IMG/VR virus record: IMGVR_UViG_3300029258_002844
Origin: an uncultured virus (IMG/VR IMGVR_UViG_3300029258_002844)
Lineage: Duplodnaviria; Heunggongvirae; Uroviricota; Caudoviricetes
Length of the DNA stretch: 64,000 bases
Direction: 5' to 3' (one strand)
Part shown: piece after piece, positions 10,304 to 17,465 of the stretch
Layout of the letters: every line of letters begins with the position of its first letter
How positions within the stretch are numbered: position 1 is the first letter of the stretch
Notes under the pieces: model-generated
What the model was told of the DNA's origin: nothing
Seen by the model: the letters and a program-made list of their open reading frames with translations, nothing else
The model's database searches: none
Position numbers and translations under genes: made by a program

Positions 10304-10612
10304 ATGCCTGTAAAATCAGTAAATCTAAGCTTCCCCCCATCGGGTTCTCCTGATGTTGTTGGATACAAGCTATATCTGGCAGAAGTGCCGGCGGATGTAG
10401 ATTTTTCATCTGAGAGTTGGGATCTTGGTGCTAATACCGACGTAGATCTTAGCACTCTTGATGGAATGACTACAAAAGATGGAACGTATAACCTCGGAAT
10501 CACAGCAGTCGACGATGCTGGCAATGAAAGTAGCATGTCAGTCATCACAGACGTAGCACTGGATTTCGAGGCTCCAGACCCACCGGGGACACCGACGATA
10601 ACAAGAGACTAA
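10304..10612 (+). CDS. Stand-alone FN3-like protein
   Basis: SPDVVGYKLY...YNLGITAVDDAGNESS. Confidence 0.75.
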   Translation: MPVKSVNLSFPPSGSPDVVGYKLYLAEVPADVDFSSESWDLGANTDVDLSTLDGMTTKDGTYNLGITAVDDAGNESSMSVITDVALDFEAPDPPGTPTITRD

Positions 10613-10773
10613 AATGGTGGATGATTGCTGGCGCTATTGCAGCAGCTGGCGGTCTCGGCTGGTGGTTTTTTTTCTTATAAGTTATCTTAGATGAAGTTGT
10701 CTGGAGATTGATAGTAAGGTGGGTGGGTTAGTTCTATCTAACCCACTTACTTCATCTTTAGAAAGATAAATTT

Positions 10774-11634
10774 ATGCGAGGGATAAAAAAGACAATTGAA
10801 GAAATCAGAGAATTTGCAAAAGAACAAGGTTATTTTTTACTTTCAAATCATTATAAGAATGCACACAGTAAATTAAAATTTAGATGTCCATCAGGGCATG
10901 ATTTTTTAACGAGTTGGGGCAATTTTCAACAAGGTGGTAGATGTCCATTTCATTCTAAATATAGAAAGAAAACGAATGAATATTTTCGAAACTATATTAG
11001 AGAAAAAGGTTATAAATTATTAACAAAGAATTCTATCAGTTCTAGTTCTAATATAGAAATATTATGTCCTTCTGGTCATGTTACTAAAATGAGATGGACA
11101 GATTTTCAACAAGGACATAGATGTTCTGTTTGTGCAGGTAATAACAGAAGAACAATTGAAGAAATTAAAACTTACGTTGCAGAATGTGGTTATAAACTAT
11201 TATCGAAACGATACACAAACGGTTCTAAAAAATTAAAATACATATGTAAAGAAAATCATATCTTTACACGTAGATGGTCTGATTTTCAACAAAATTCTGA
11301 ATGTCCAATTTGTTCTTACATAAAACGATTGGGATGTGGAAGTATAAACTGGCGAGGCGGAATTAGTAATGATCCATACTGTGATTTATGGAAGTCAAAT
11401 GAACTTAAAGAAATGATTAAAGTAAGAGATGGATACCAGTGTTTAAACCCCTGTTGTTTAAATAGAAGTTCAAGATTAGTTATTCACCATATTAACTACA
11501 ACAAACTAGATTGCAATGAAAATAATCTAATAACTGTATGTAATTCTTGTAATTCAATTGCTAATTATGATCGACATTGGTATACTTCTTGGTATCAAGC
11601 TATAATGTATGTGAGATATAATTTTATTTATTAG
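10774..11634 (+). CDS. Zinc-ribbon-repeat HNH endonuclease
   Basis: Three C..GH...W.(N/D)FQQ..C repeats; RDGYQC..HHINY..NL...C..CN. Confidence 0.8.
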   Translation: MRGIKKTIEEIREFAKEQGYFLLSNHYKNAHSKLKFRCPSGHDFLTSWGNFQQGGRCPFHSKYRKKTNEYFRNYIREKGYKLLTKNSISSSSNIEILCPSGHVTKMRWTDFQQGHRCSVCAGNNRRTIEEIKTYVAECGYKLLSKRYTNGSKKLKYICKENHIFTRRWSDFQQNSECPICSYIKRLGCGSINWRGGISNDPYCDLWKSNELKEMIKVRDGYQCLNPCCLNRSSRLVIHHINYNKLDCNENNLITVCNSCNSIANYDRHWYTSWYQAIMYVRYNFIY

Positions 11635-11638
11635 CTAT

Positions 11639-11713
11639 AGCCTCGTAGCTCAACGGTCAGAGCGTTCGGCTGATAACCGAAAAATATGAGTTCAATTCTC
11701 TTCGAGGCTACCA
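11639..11713 (+). tRNA. tRNA-Ile(GAU)
   Basis: TTCGG-CTGATAA-CCGAA, ACCA. Confidence 0.9.
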
Positions 11714-11721
11714 ATATTAAT

Positions 11722-11796
11722 GCCAGAATCGCATATGAGGACATGCGCTCGGTTGAAGCCCGAGAGATCTCCGTTCGACTCGGAGTTCTGGCACCA
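11722..11796 (+). tRNA. tRNA-Phe(GAA)
   Basis: CTCGG-TTGAAGC-CCGAG, ACCA. Confidence 0.85.
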
Positions 11797-11828
11797 CCAA
11801 TTTCTTTTTTAATTACAAGGATTTAGTT

Positions 11829-12131
11829 ATGAACGTAGTCAACGCTTACTTAAACTTTATTCAGGAAGCTGGGTTTGAGAATAAACCGAAGGGTTGGACA
11901 GACCAAAGCGTAAAGAAGGCTGCGAAGACATTGGGAAAAACAGTAGGAAAAGCTCCTGATAGTAAAGGATTTTTTGACAAATGTGTCGCCCGTATGAGGA
12001 AACATATGGATAATCCAGAGGGATACTGTGCCTCTCTGAAAGATGAAACATATGGTTCTACACATTGGCGAGGAAAAGATAAATCACCAAAAGAAGTGAA
12101 AAAAGACGTAGCTAAACATCAGAATGTTTAA
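11829..12131 (+). CDS. Hypothetical basic protein
   Basis: ORF with AAGGA RBS. Confidence 0.6.
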   Translation: MNVVNAYLNFIQEAGFENKPKGWTDQSVKKAAKTLGKTVGKAPDSKGFFDKCVARMRKHMDNPEGYCASLKDETYGSTHWRGKDKSPKEVKKDVAKHQNV

Positions 12132-12140
12132 GGAGGTCAC

Positions 12141-12454
12141 ATGGGGGCAAAAAGAGAAGAATAATCAAAAAGAGGGTAAAGATATCTGGTCAAACAATTG
12201 ATAAAAAGATTGTTATAACTGGAACATTTATCTTTGTTGGAACATTCGGAATACCAATAGAGATCGTTCTGCACTTTTTTAAAGAACATAATATCATCCC
12301 TGACTGGATAGATTTTTATGATTCTGCAAAGAAAGATGGATGGAACGATAAAACAATATTCAATAAATTGAAATTTGGTATTGAAGAAGTCTATGGTGTT
12401 AAATTTGCTCAAACAGTGATCTACAAAATAAGGAGTAATGTATATGAATTCTGA
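12141..12454 (+). pseudogene. Frameshifted hypothetical gene (or homopolymer error)
   Basis: AGGAGG-ATG 12141 stops after 7 codons, but the -1 frame is open to TGA 12452-12454 (...GTFGIPIEIV...PDWIDFY...GW...). Confidence 0.5.
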
Positions 12455-12498
12455 CGGAGGTGTAGCCATGATAAAGTAACCTAAGGAGGTGAAACATC

Positions 12499-12663
12499 AT
12501 GGCACAGAATCAGTCTCGAAAAGGCGGTAGACGCAAAATCGGACGCAGTCTAAGGAAACCTTCAAACCAACGCTATAAAGCAGAGGGAAGAAGAGAGATT
12601 AACAAAAAACGTAAACAAGAAAAACACAAAAAGCGTATGGCTAAAAAAGCAGCTAGAGCGTAG
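12499..12663 (+). CDS. Small, highly basic protein (54 aa)
   Basis: AAGGAGGT RBS; MAQNQSRKGGRRKIGRSLRK...KKAARA. Confidence 0.7.
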   Translation: MAQNQSRKGGRRKIGRSLRKPSNQRYKAEGRREINKKRKQEKHKKRMAKKAARA

Positions 12664-12686
12664 CTGTAATTGTCTGCACAACTTGC

Positions 12687-12813
12687 GGGGATGTTTGATA
12701 TAATCTACTAACTTCAAACATATCTCTTTGGAGGACTAGGAAGCTAGTTCAGAAATGGAAAGGTAATACCTCATACGTAATACTAGGTGGTTCGAATCCA
12801 TCCATCCCCGCCA
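12687..12813 (+). ncRNA. tRNA-like RNA (CAU loop) with expanded D-arm region, 127 nt
   Basis: GGGGATG/CATCCCC-G-CCA acceptor, GGTGG-TTCGAAT-CCATC T arm, AATAC-CTCATAC-GTAAT arm; about 70 nt of hairpins replace the D arm. Confidence 0.6.
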
Positions 12814-12831
12814 TTTTTAAAATCCCTATGT

Positions 12832-12906
12832 GGGGATGTAGCTTAACGGGAAAGCAGTTGGTTTGCAACCAACAGACTGGGAGTTCGACTCTCCTCATCT
12901 CCACCA
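12832..12906 (+). tRNA. tRNA-Ala(UGC)
   Basis: G3.U70, GTTGG-TTTGCAA-CCAAC, ACCA. Confidence 0.9.
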
Positions 12907-12930
12907 CTTTTTTATTTATAAAAAAGGTCT

Positions 12931-12953
12931 CTAAATATATAACTAACTAATAG
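12931..12953 (+). promoter_or_regulatory. Putative phage promoter (TATATAACTAACTAATAG class)
   Basis: ATATATAACTAACTAATAG also occurs on the minus strand upstream of pncA (about 63826-63844). Confidence 0.55.
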
Positions 12954-13013
12954 GGATTATTGTACGACATCTTTACTACCAGTTCTGATTAGTGCATTAG
13001 TCTCCTTCTTTTT

Positions 13014-13045
13014 TGACCTCAGTCACTTTATAGTGGCTGAGGTCA
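13014..13045. other. Strong intergenic hairpin (terminator or processing signal)
   Basis: TGACCTCAGTCACT-TTAT-AGTGGCTGAGGTCA flanked by T and A runs. Confidence 0.55.
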
Positions 13046-13072
13046 TTAAAAAAGAACTTCAAAATGTTTTTG

Positions 13073-13230
13073 TTCATAGTTTAAAGAAGCTGAGGACTTT
13101 AAAGTTGTTATAGTGGAATTAGTTCAGTTGGTTGAACATCATCCTTCCAAGATGAAAGTCATCGGTTCGATCCCGATATTCTAAGCATAAAAGCAACTTT
13201 TACCCTATCTCAGCTTGTTTAAACTATGAA
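13073..13230 (+). ncRNA. Y-RNA-like scaffold element 1; cargo is a linear tRNA-Gly(UCC)-like cloverleaf without CCA
   Basis: About 23-bp terminal stem, GGACT-N9-TTATAGT, TCATC-CTTCCAA-GATGA, ATCGG-TTCGATC-CCGAT. Confidence 0.75.
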
Positions 13231-13234
13231 ATCT

Positions 13235-13380
13235 AATTGGGAACTAATAAGTTATTACCGTATCTGTCTCTGATAAAGACGAGGTCGTAGGTTCGAATCC
13301 TGCATCCCCCTACAACTTGCGGGGGATTAGCTCAGCTGGTAGAGCGTGTGTACACAAATGACTTGTAACTTATCCCAATT
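13235..13380 (+). ncRNA. Y-RNA-like scaffold element 2; cargo is a circularly permuted tRNA-Ile(GAU)
   Basis: AATTGGGA/TCCCAATT stem; order anticodon arm, T arm, ATCCCCC-loop-GGGGGAT, D arm. Confidence 0.85.
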
Positions 13381-13388
13381 AACAATTT

Positions 13389-13589
13389 TTGGAGGACTAA
13401 AAAGTTTTTACCGTATTCTAACGAATAACGGCTCTAAGGTAGTGATGTTCTGGTGACAGACTAGCGAGAGGGTTGGTTCTAACTCCAAATGTGAGTTAGC
13501 ATCCTCGTGCCCACTGCTGTGAAACATAAGAACCACAGTAAGGGAAGCCACATAGTTTTATACACAAAGAACTTTTGACTTACCTCCAA
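13389..13589 (+). ncRNA. Y-RNA-like scaffold element 3; cargo is a large multibranch non-tRNA RNA
   Basis: TTGGAGG/CCTCCAA stem, GGACT-N9-TTACCGT, AAAAGTTT/GAACTTTT inner stem. Confidence 0.75.
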
Positions 13590-13599
13590 CACAATATTT

Positions 13600-13743
13600 T
13601 TCGGGGACTGTAATGTTGTTATAGTGTTTATATGGGTTCAACTCCCATATATGACTCCAAAATGTCATATTAGCCGAATTGGTTCAGGCATCTGACTTGT
13701 AATCAGACAAACGTAACAAAAGCGACATTCAAATTACCCCGAA
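13600..13743 (+). ncRNA. Y-RNA-like scaffold element 4; cargo is a circularly permuted tRNA-Thr(UGU) opened at the variable loop
   Basis: TTCGGGG/CCCCGAA stem; T arm, ATATGAC-TCCA-AAAT-GTCATAT, D arm, TCTGA-CTTGTAA-TCAGA. Confidence 0.85.
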
Positions 13744-13765
13744 TACTTTTTAAAGGAGAAGACAA

Positions 13766-14653
13766 ATGGACAGGGAATTAGTGAAAAGTAAGATTGAAAA
13801 AGCTGGACACCGAGTAGTTTTTGATGATCATCTTCCAAGAAGAGGTCCATTTGCTCTTGATGTCCGGCGAGATAAAAAAGGTGAATACTTTCATTTTCAG
13901 ATGGAAGAGGATGTAGAACCTTCTGTATTACACACTGAAGGAGATCACCTTTTGCTGATGTTTAAGGTTCCGGCTGATAGACCACATACACCGCCTAATA
14001 AATTTAAGGCGATGATCGGTCATGACGAGCGACAGTTATTTGTTGCGTCCATTCCAGAGAATCGTCCTGTAACGACAGTTTTTAGCGCCAAGGAATCTCT
14101 TAAACCACAAGCTGTCAAGGAATTTGAAAAATCAATTGGCCTCAAAACCAAGGACAAACAAGCTCGACATGCTCGTGGAAAAGCTGGAAGTTTGAAACGA
14201 AGACGACAAGGAGATTTTTATTTTATTCCAAAACCCAATTTTCAACCACCTAAGTTTTCTTCAATGAATGAAGGGATTCTTAAAAACGAACCCATTTCTA
14301 GAGGTGCTGGTGCTTCTCATATTTGTGAGGAGTTGGTTCGAGCAGGTGGTGAAGATTTCTGGTCTTTTGAGATGTGGAGTATGGATGCCAAGAAAAGGGA
14401 ATTTGCTCAAAGACTTATGAAGGACCATGCCAGTGGGTTTACTGGAGAAGAAAGAAGAAAGCTTTGGGAAGATTATCCAGAAACAAAAAACTGGCGATGG
14501 AGATCCAGACGAGGTGGAGATATTAAAGTTCATGTTCGAGGTTCTATTCGACACCATGAGCACGCAACTCTCACTCTTGATATCTGGCATGAAGTAATAC
14601 CAAATACAGAAAACCAATCTTCTATGGCAGCACATGTGGTTTTCTTAGACTAG
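13766..14653 (+). CDS. Hypothetical protein embedded in the ncRNA array
   Basis: AAGGAG RBS; GHDER, RQGDFYF, GASH, RHHEH His-rich motifs. Confidence 0.75.
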   Translation: MDRELVKSKIEKAGHRVVFDDHLPRRGPFALDVRRDKKGEYFHFQMEEDVEPSVLHTEGDHLLLMFKVPADRPHTPPNKFKAMIGHDERQLFVASIPENRPVTTVFSAKESLKPQAVKEFEKSIGLKTKDKQARHARGKAGSLKRRRQGDFYFIPKPNFQPPKFSSMNEGILKNEPISRGAGASHICEELVRAGGEDFWSFEMWSMDAKKREFAQRLMKDHASGFTGEERRKLWEDYPETKNWRWRSRRGGDIKVHVRGSIRHHEHATLTLDIWHEVIPNTENQSSMAAHVVFLD

Positions 14654-14660
14654 CTTAAAA

Positions 14661-14810
14661 CTTTAGGGACTGTGAAGTTATTATAGTATGACGCCATTCC
14701 AAGGCCGTTGTTGCAGGTTCGAGTCCTGTATCCCCCTCCATTTCTATGGGGGATTAGCTCAATGGTTAGAGCACGGAAAGTACACCAATAACTACCGACT
14801 TACCCTAAAG
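14661..14810 (+). ncRNA. Y-RNA-like scaffold element 5; cargo is a circularly permuted tRNA-Gly(UCC)
   Basis: CTTTAGGG/CCCTAAAG stem; CC-ATTCCAA-GGCCG, T arm, ATCCCCC-TCCA-TTTCTAT-GGGGGAT, D arm. Confidence 0.85.
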
Positions 14811-14818
14811 AACATTTT

Positions 14819-14968
14819 TGATGGGGACTTTTGAGAGATTACAGTATAAAGCATGATGAATGCACCAAAAACCTGGCTAACACCCAGGATTTACTTCCCA
14901 TATTATTTTAAAATAATTTTTTAAAATAATATGTATACGACCAAAATGTCTCAGCAACTACCCCATCA
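14819..14968 (+). ncRNA. Y-RNA-like scaffold element 6; cargo is three hairpins
   Basis: TGATGGGG/CCCCATCA stem, GGACT-N9-TTACAGT, 15-bp AT-rich hairpin. Confidence 0.7.
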
Positions 14969-15002
14969 TATACACAAAGGAAAGGAAGGGAGAACATGGG
15001 AA

Positions 15003-15638
15003 ATGAAAGGGAAAGGATTTGGGAAAAGTGAAATTTATCTACTGACAGGAACAAGCGCTGACCAATTCATAATCCGAAGGACTAAGCAGTTTTATGTCTT
15101 TCTGATTTTTGGGCACCAATGTAAAATCAGTATTGAGAAGGCGCTTAAGGGAAACAACCTTTACTTCCACGTTACCAGAGACGCAGAAGGTGACATTCAT
15201 AGGATTCAAATAGATACAAGAAAACGCTTTGAATTTCAAGGCATTAAACTTCAACTTCTTCAAGATGTTTACAAGAAGTTGAAACTAAAAACCCCAAAGG
15301 AGGAACGAAACATGTTTGCGAATCACAAAATCACAAAAGTAGAATTTGCGGAAATCAACGACGTAGCTCTTGAAGCAGCTGTTGAGAAAGTGGCAGCTAA
15401 CTTGAGCGGGGTTGAAATCAGAACCAAGGGTGATGAGACATATCTCGTCAAGGATGGTACAGTTATTCAACTGAACGGTGAAGATTTTCTTAACCTTGTC
15501 AAGGATTATGTTGTAGGTAAAACCATATCCGAATTGACGAGGAATAACGAAATGTACACACTGATCAAGACATTGGGTATCATCAAATCGGCAACCGTCG
15601 AGAAAGACGCGAGCAGTCTATCATCCATCTTTGGATAA
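15003..15638 (+). CDS. Hypothetical protein (alternative start 15312 has a strong RBS)
   Basis: Open frame; AGGAGG precedes ATG 15312. Confidence 0.55.
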   Translation: MKGKGFGKSEIYLLTGTSADQFIIRRTKQFYVFLIFGHQCKISIEKALKGNNLYFHVTRDAEGDIHRIQIDTRKRFEFQGIKLQLLQDVYKKLKLKTPKEERNMFANHKITKVEFAEINDVALEAAVEKVAANLSGVEIRTKGDETYLVKDGTVIQLNGEDFLNLVKDYVVGKTISELTRNNEMYTLIKTLGIIKSATVEKDASSLSSIFG

Positions 15639-15644
15639 CAATTT

Positions 15645-15776
15645 CGCGGGGTGGTCAAACAAAAACAACCTGACTTTAACCCTACCGATTCGTCGGACTC
15701 TAGAGTTAGTTTAGAGGTAAAGACACTGGTACTATGGAACCAGCCACTGGAGGTTCAAGTCCTCCCCCCGCGACCA
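15645..15776 (+). ncRNA. tRNA-like RNA with about 55-nt D-loop insertion and 8-nt anticodon loop
   Basis: CGCGGGG/CCCCGCG-ACCA, GGAGG-TTCAAGT-CCTCC, CTGGT-ACTATGGA-ACCAG. Confidence 0.7.
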
Positions 15777-15786
15777 CTTTAACTGA

Positions 15787-15822
15787 AGAGGGATAGCTGC
15801 TAATCCGGCTATCCCTCTTTTT
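15787..15822 (+). terminator. Intrinsic terminator
   Basis: AAGAGGGATAGC...GCTATCCCTCTT then T run. Confidence 0.7.
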
Positions 15823-15866
15823 CCGTCATGGGACTAAGTAATTTTTGTGAAAGGAGAAACAGAGAA

Positions 15867-17465
15867 ATGGAAACTATTACAAACCTACCCATGAAAACAC
15901 CTCCTGTTGATCTGGAGAAAATGGGTAAGAAGAAACTGGCACAACTGGCAGAAGGGGTAATGGATTTGCTCAACCTGTCCGGAGTTGACATGAACCGAGC
16001 AACCCACTACAATTCAAAAGAAGAAATGGAGCAGGTCAGAAAAGATCTTCACAGGAGAGTGTTTGAACTCGACCGGTCTATTTATGGGTGTCTCTTCTGC
16101 CTTCCTGGTGTTACAGATTTTGCACGTCAGAAAGCTGTCCACGCGATGTTGGGAAACCCGTGGGGCAGTAATGGTCATGATGGTGTGTTGACCATTGATC
16201 ATGAACGAAAGATTCTTGATTATCTGGTCGATGAACTTCAAGCAAACAGGAAACTCAATTTGTTTGTTGACCTCAAAGACGGTCGTGTAAACAATACTCG
16301 AACAAGAAACACAATACTCAGACATATCTTGAATAACAAGAATCTGGAGCTTTGGTCTGTCAAGTATCGACAAAAGCTCAATAAGATTTTTGAGCATGCT
16401 TGGTCTGTTAGAGGTGTTGGCATCCTTCGTAACATTCTCTTGAAAAAGAGAAGAACTCAGAAGGATAAAGACATTCTGGCATCTCGTATTGACTTCTATC
16501 TCACTCCTATTTCAATTCGGAGAAAGATGGATATCTATAAGTATGTAAGTTTCGCCATCGGAAACACGGATGAGGATTTTCCTCTTGCGTTGATATACAA
16601 CAAAGCAAAGGTTAAGTTGGAAGACGGAGCCAAACTCCCTCCAGAAATTTTGGAAGGAATTAGAAGCACATATCATCCAACTGTCTCAAGAGGAACGGTC
16701 CTTAAAGCTACTGAAAAAACCATGACATCTACTCAGAAACGACTGGTCCAAAAGTCGGCGAAGAAAGCAGGAGTCAAGGTTAAGTTCGATCCGTTTCAAG
16801 CTAACATGGTTGAACTATACATCTATGCTTTTGAAATGGGTGGATCTCGAGAACTATCAAAAGCTCTTGCGGTGAAAGCTCAGAAGGCTGCAGCGTCTCT
16901 TCCATTTCATTTCGATAAGATTGGAATAGTAGTGGATGATAGCTTCTCTATGAGCGGTGCCCAGGATCAGAAACTCCGACCATTGGCGGTCACTCTTGCT
17001 ACAAAGGATATGCTGATCTATGCAGGAGACACGCATGTTACAAGAAGTGTATCTAACAGTGATGCTCATATGGTCGGGAATTGTAAGGTTAGACCTAGTG
17101 GGGGAACAGATCTTGCAACGCCATTTCTGGATGTTTTGAATGAAGATCCAGATGCAATATTTGTCATCTCTGACGGGTATGAGAATCAACCATCTGGTCG
17201 GTTTGCTGAGGTATTGATGTTGGTACGTGAAATCGGAATTAACACTCCGGTATATCACATCAACCCAGTATCTGCAGCGGAGTCAAAAGGCGTTCTGAGA
17301 ACATTATCGAAAGAGGTTCCAGTTCTCCCGATCAATAACCCTCAAACCATTGGCTTGACTATGTTCAAGGCGATGTTGGAAACCGATCCAAAGAACGGAC
17401 TCTTGGGTCTGGTCGGGATCGCGCTTCCCATGATTGAAAAGATGAAGGAGGTGACTGCAGGATGA
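15867..17465 (+). CDS. Divergent Ro60/TROVE-like protein (helical N-terminus plus C-terminal vWA)
   Basis: About 530 aa, basic helical N-region, then VVDDSFSMSG, GGTDL, ISDGYEN MIDAS; Ro60-like architecture next to Y-like RNAs. Confidence 0.65.
   Translation: METITNLPMKTPPVDLEKMGKKKLAQLAEGVMDLLNLSGVDMNRATHYNSKEEMEQVRKDLHRRVFELDRSIYGCLFCLPGVTDFARQKAVHAMLGNPWGSNGHDGVLTIDHERKILDYLVDELQANRKLNLFVDLKDGRVNNTRTRNTILRHILNNKNLELWSVKYRQKLNKIFEHAWSVRGVGILRNILLKKRRTQKDKDILASRIDFYLTPISIRRKMDIYKYVSFAIGNTDEDFPLALIYNKAKVKLEDGAKLPPEILEGIRSTYHPTVSRGTVLKATEKTMTSTQKRLVQKSAKKAGVKVKFDPFQANMVELYIYAFEMGGSRELSKALAVKAQKAAASLPFHFDKIGIVVDDSFSMSGAQDQKLRPLAVTLATKDMLIYAGDTHVTRSVSNSDAHMVGNCKVRPSGGTDLATPFLDVLNEDPDAIFVISDGYENQPSGRFAEVLMLVREIGINTPVYHINPVSAAESKGVLRTLSKEVPVLPINNPQTIGLTMFKAMLETDPKNGLLGLVGIALPMIEKMKEVTAG

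Noticed and set aside
12687..12813. tmRNA or tRNA-Sec
   Set aside because: Only 127 nt, G3-C70 and G73, no tag ORF; the CTTCAAA heptamer is not closed by an anticodon stem.
13430..13550. Hammerhead ribozyme in element 3
   Set aside because: No CTGANGA core positioned with GAAA at a three-way junction.
13073..14968. CRISPR array
   Set aside because: Units conserve structure and short motifs, not identical direct repeats; inserts are long and structured; no cas genes.
14931..15002. N-terminal extension of ORF 14931-15638
   Set aside because: Overlaps the 3' stem of ncRNA element 6 and lacks an RBS.
15828..15866. Seventh scaffold copy (GGGACT) before the TROVE-like gene
   Set aside because: Lacks N9-TTAYMGT and a complementary 3' strand.
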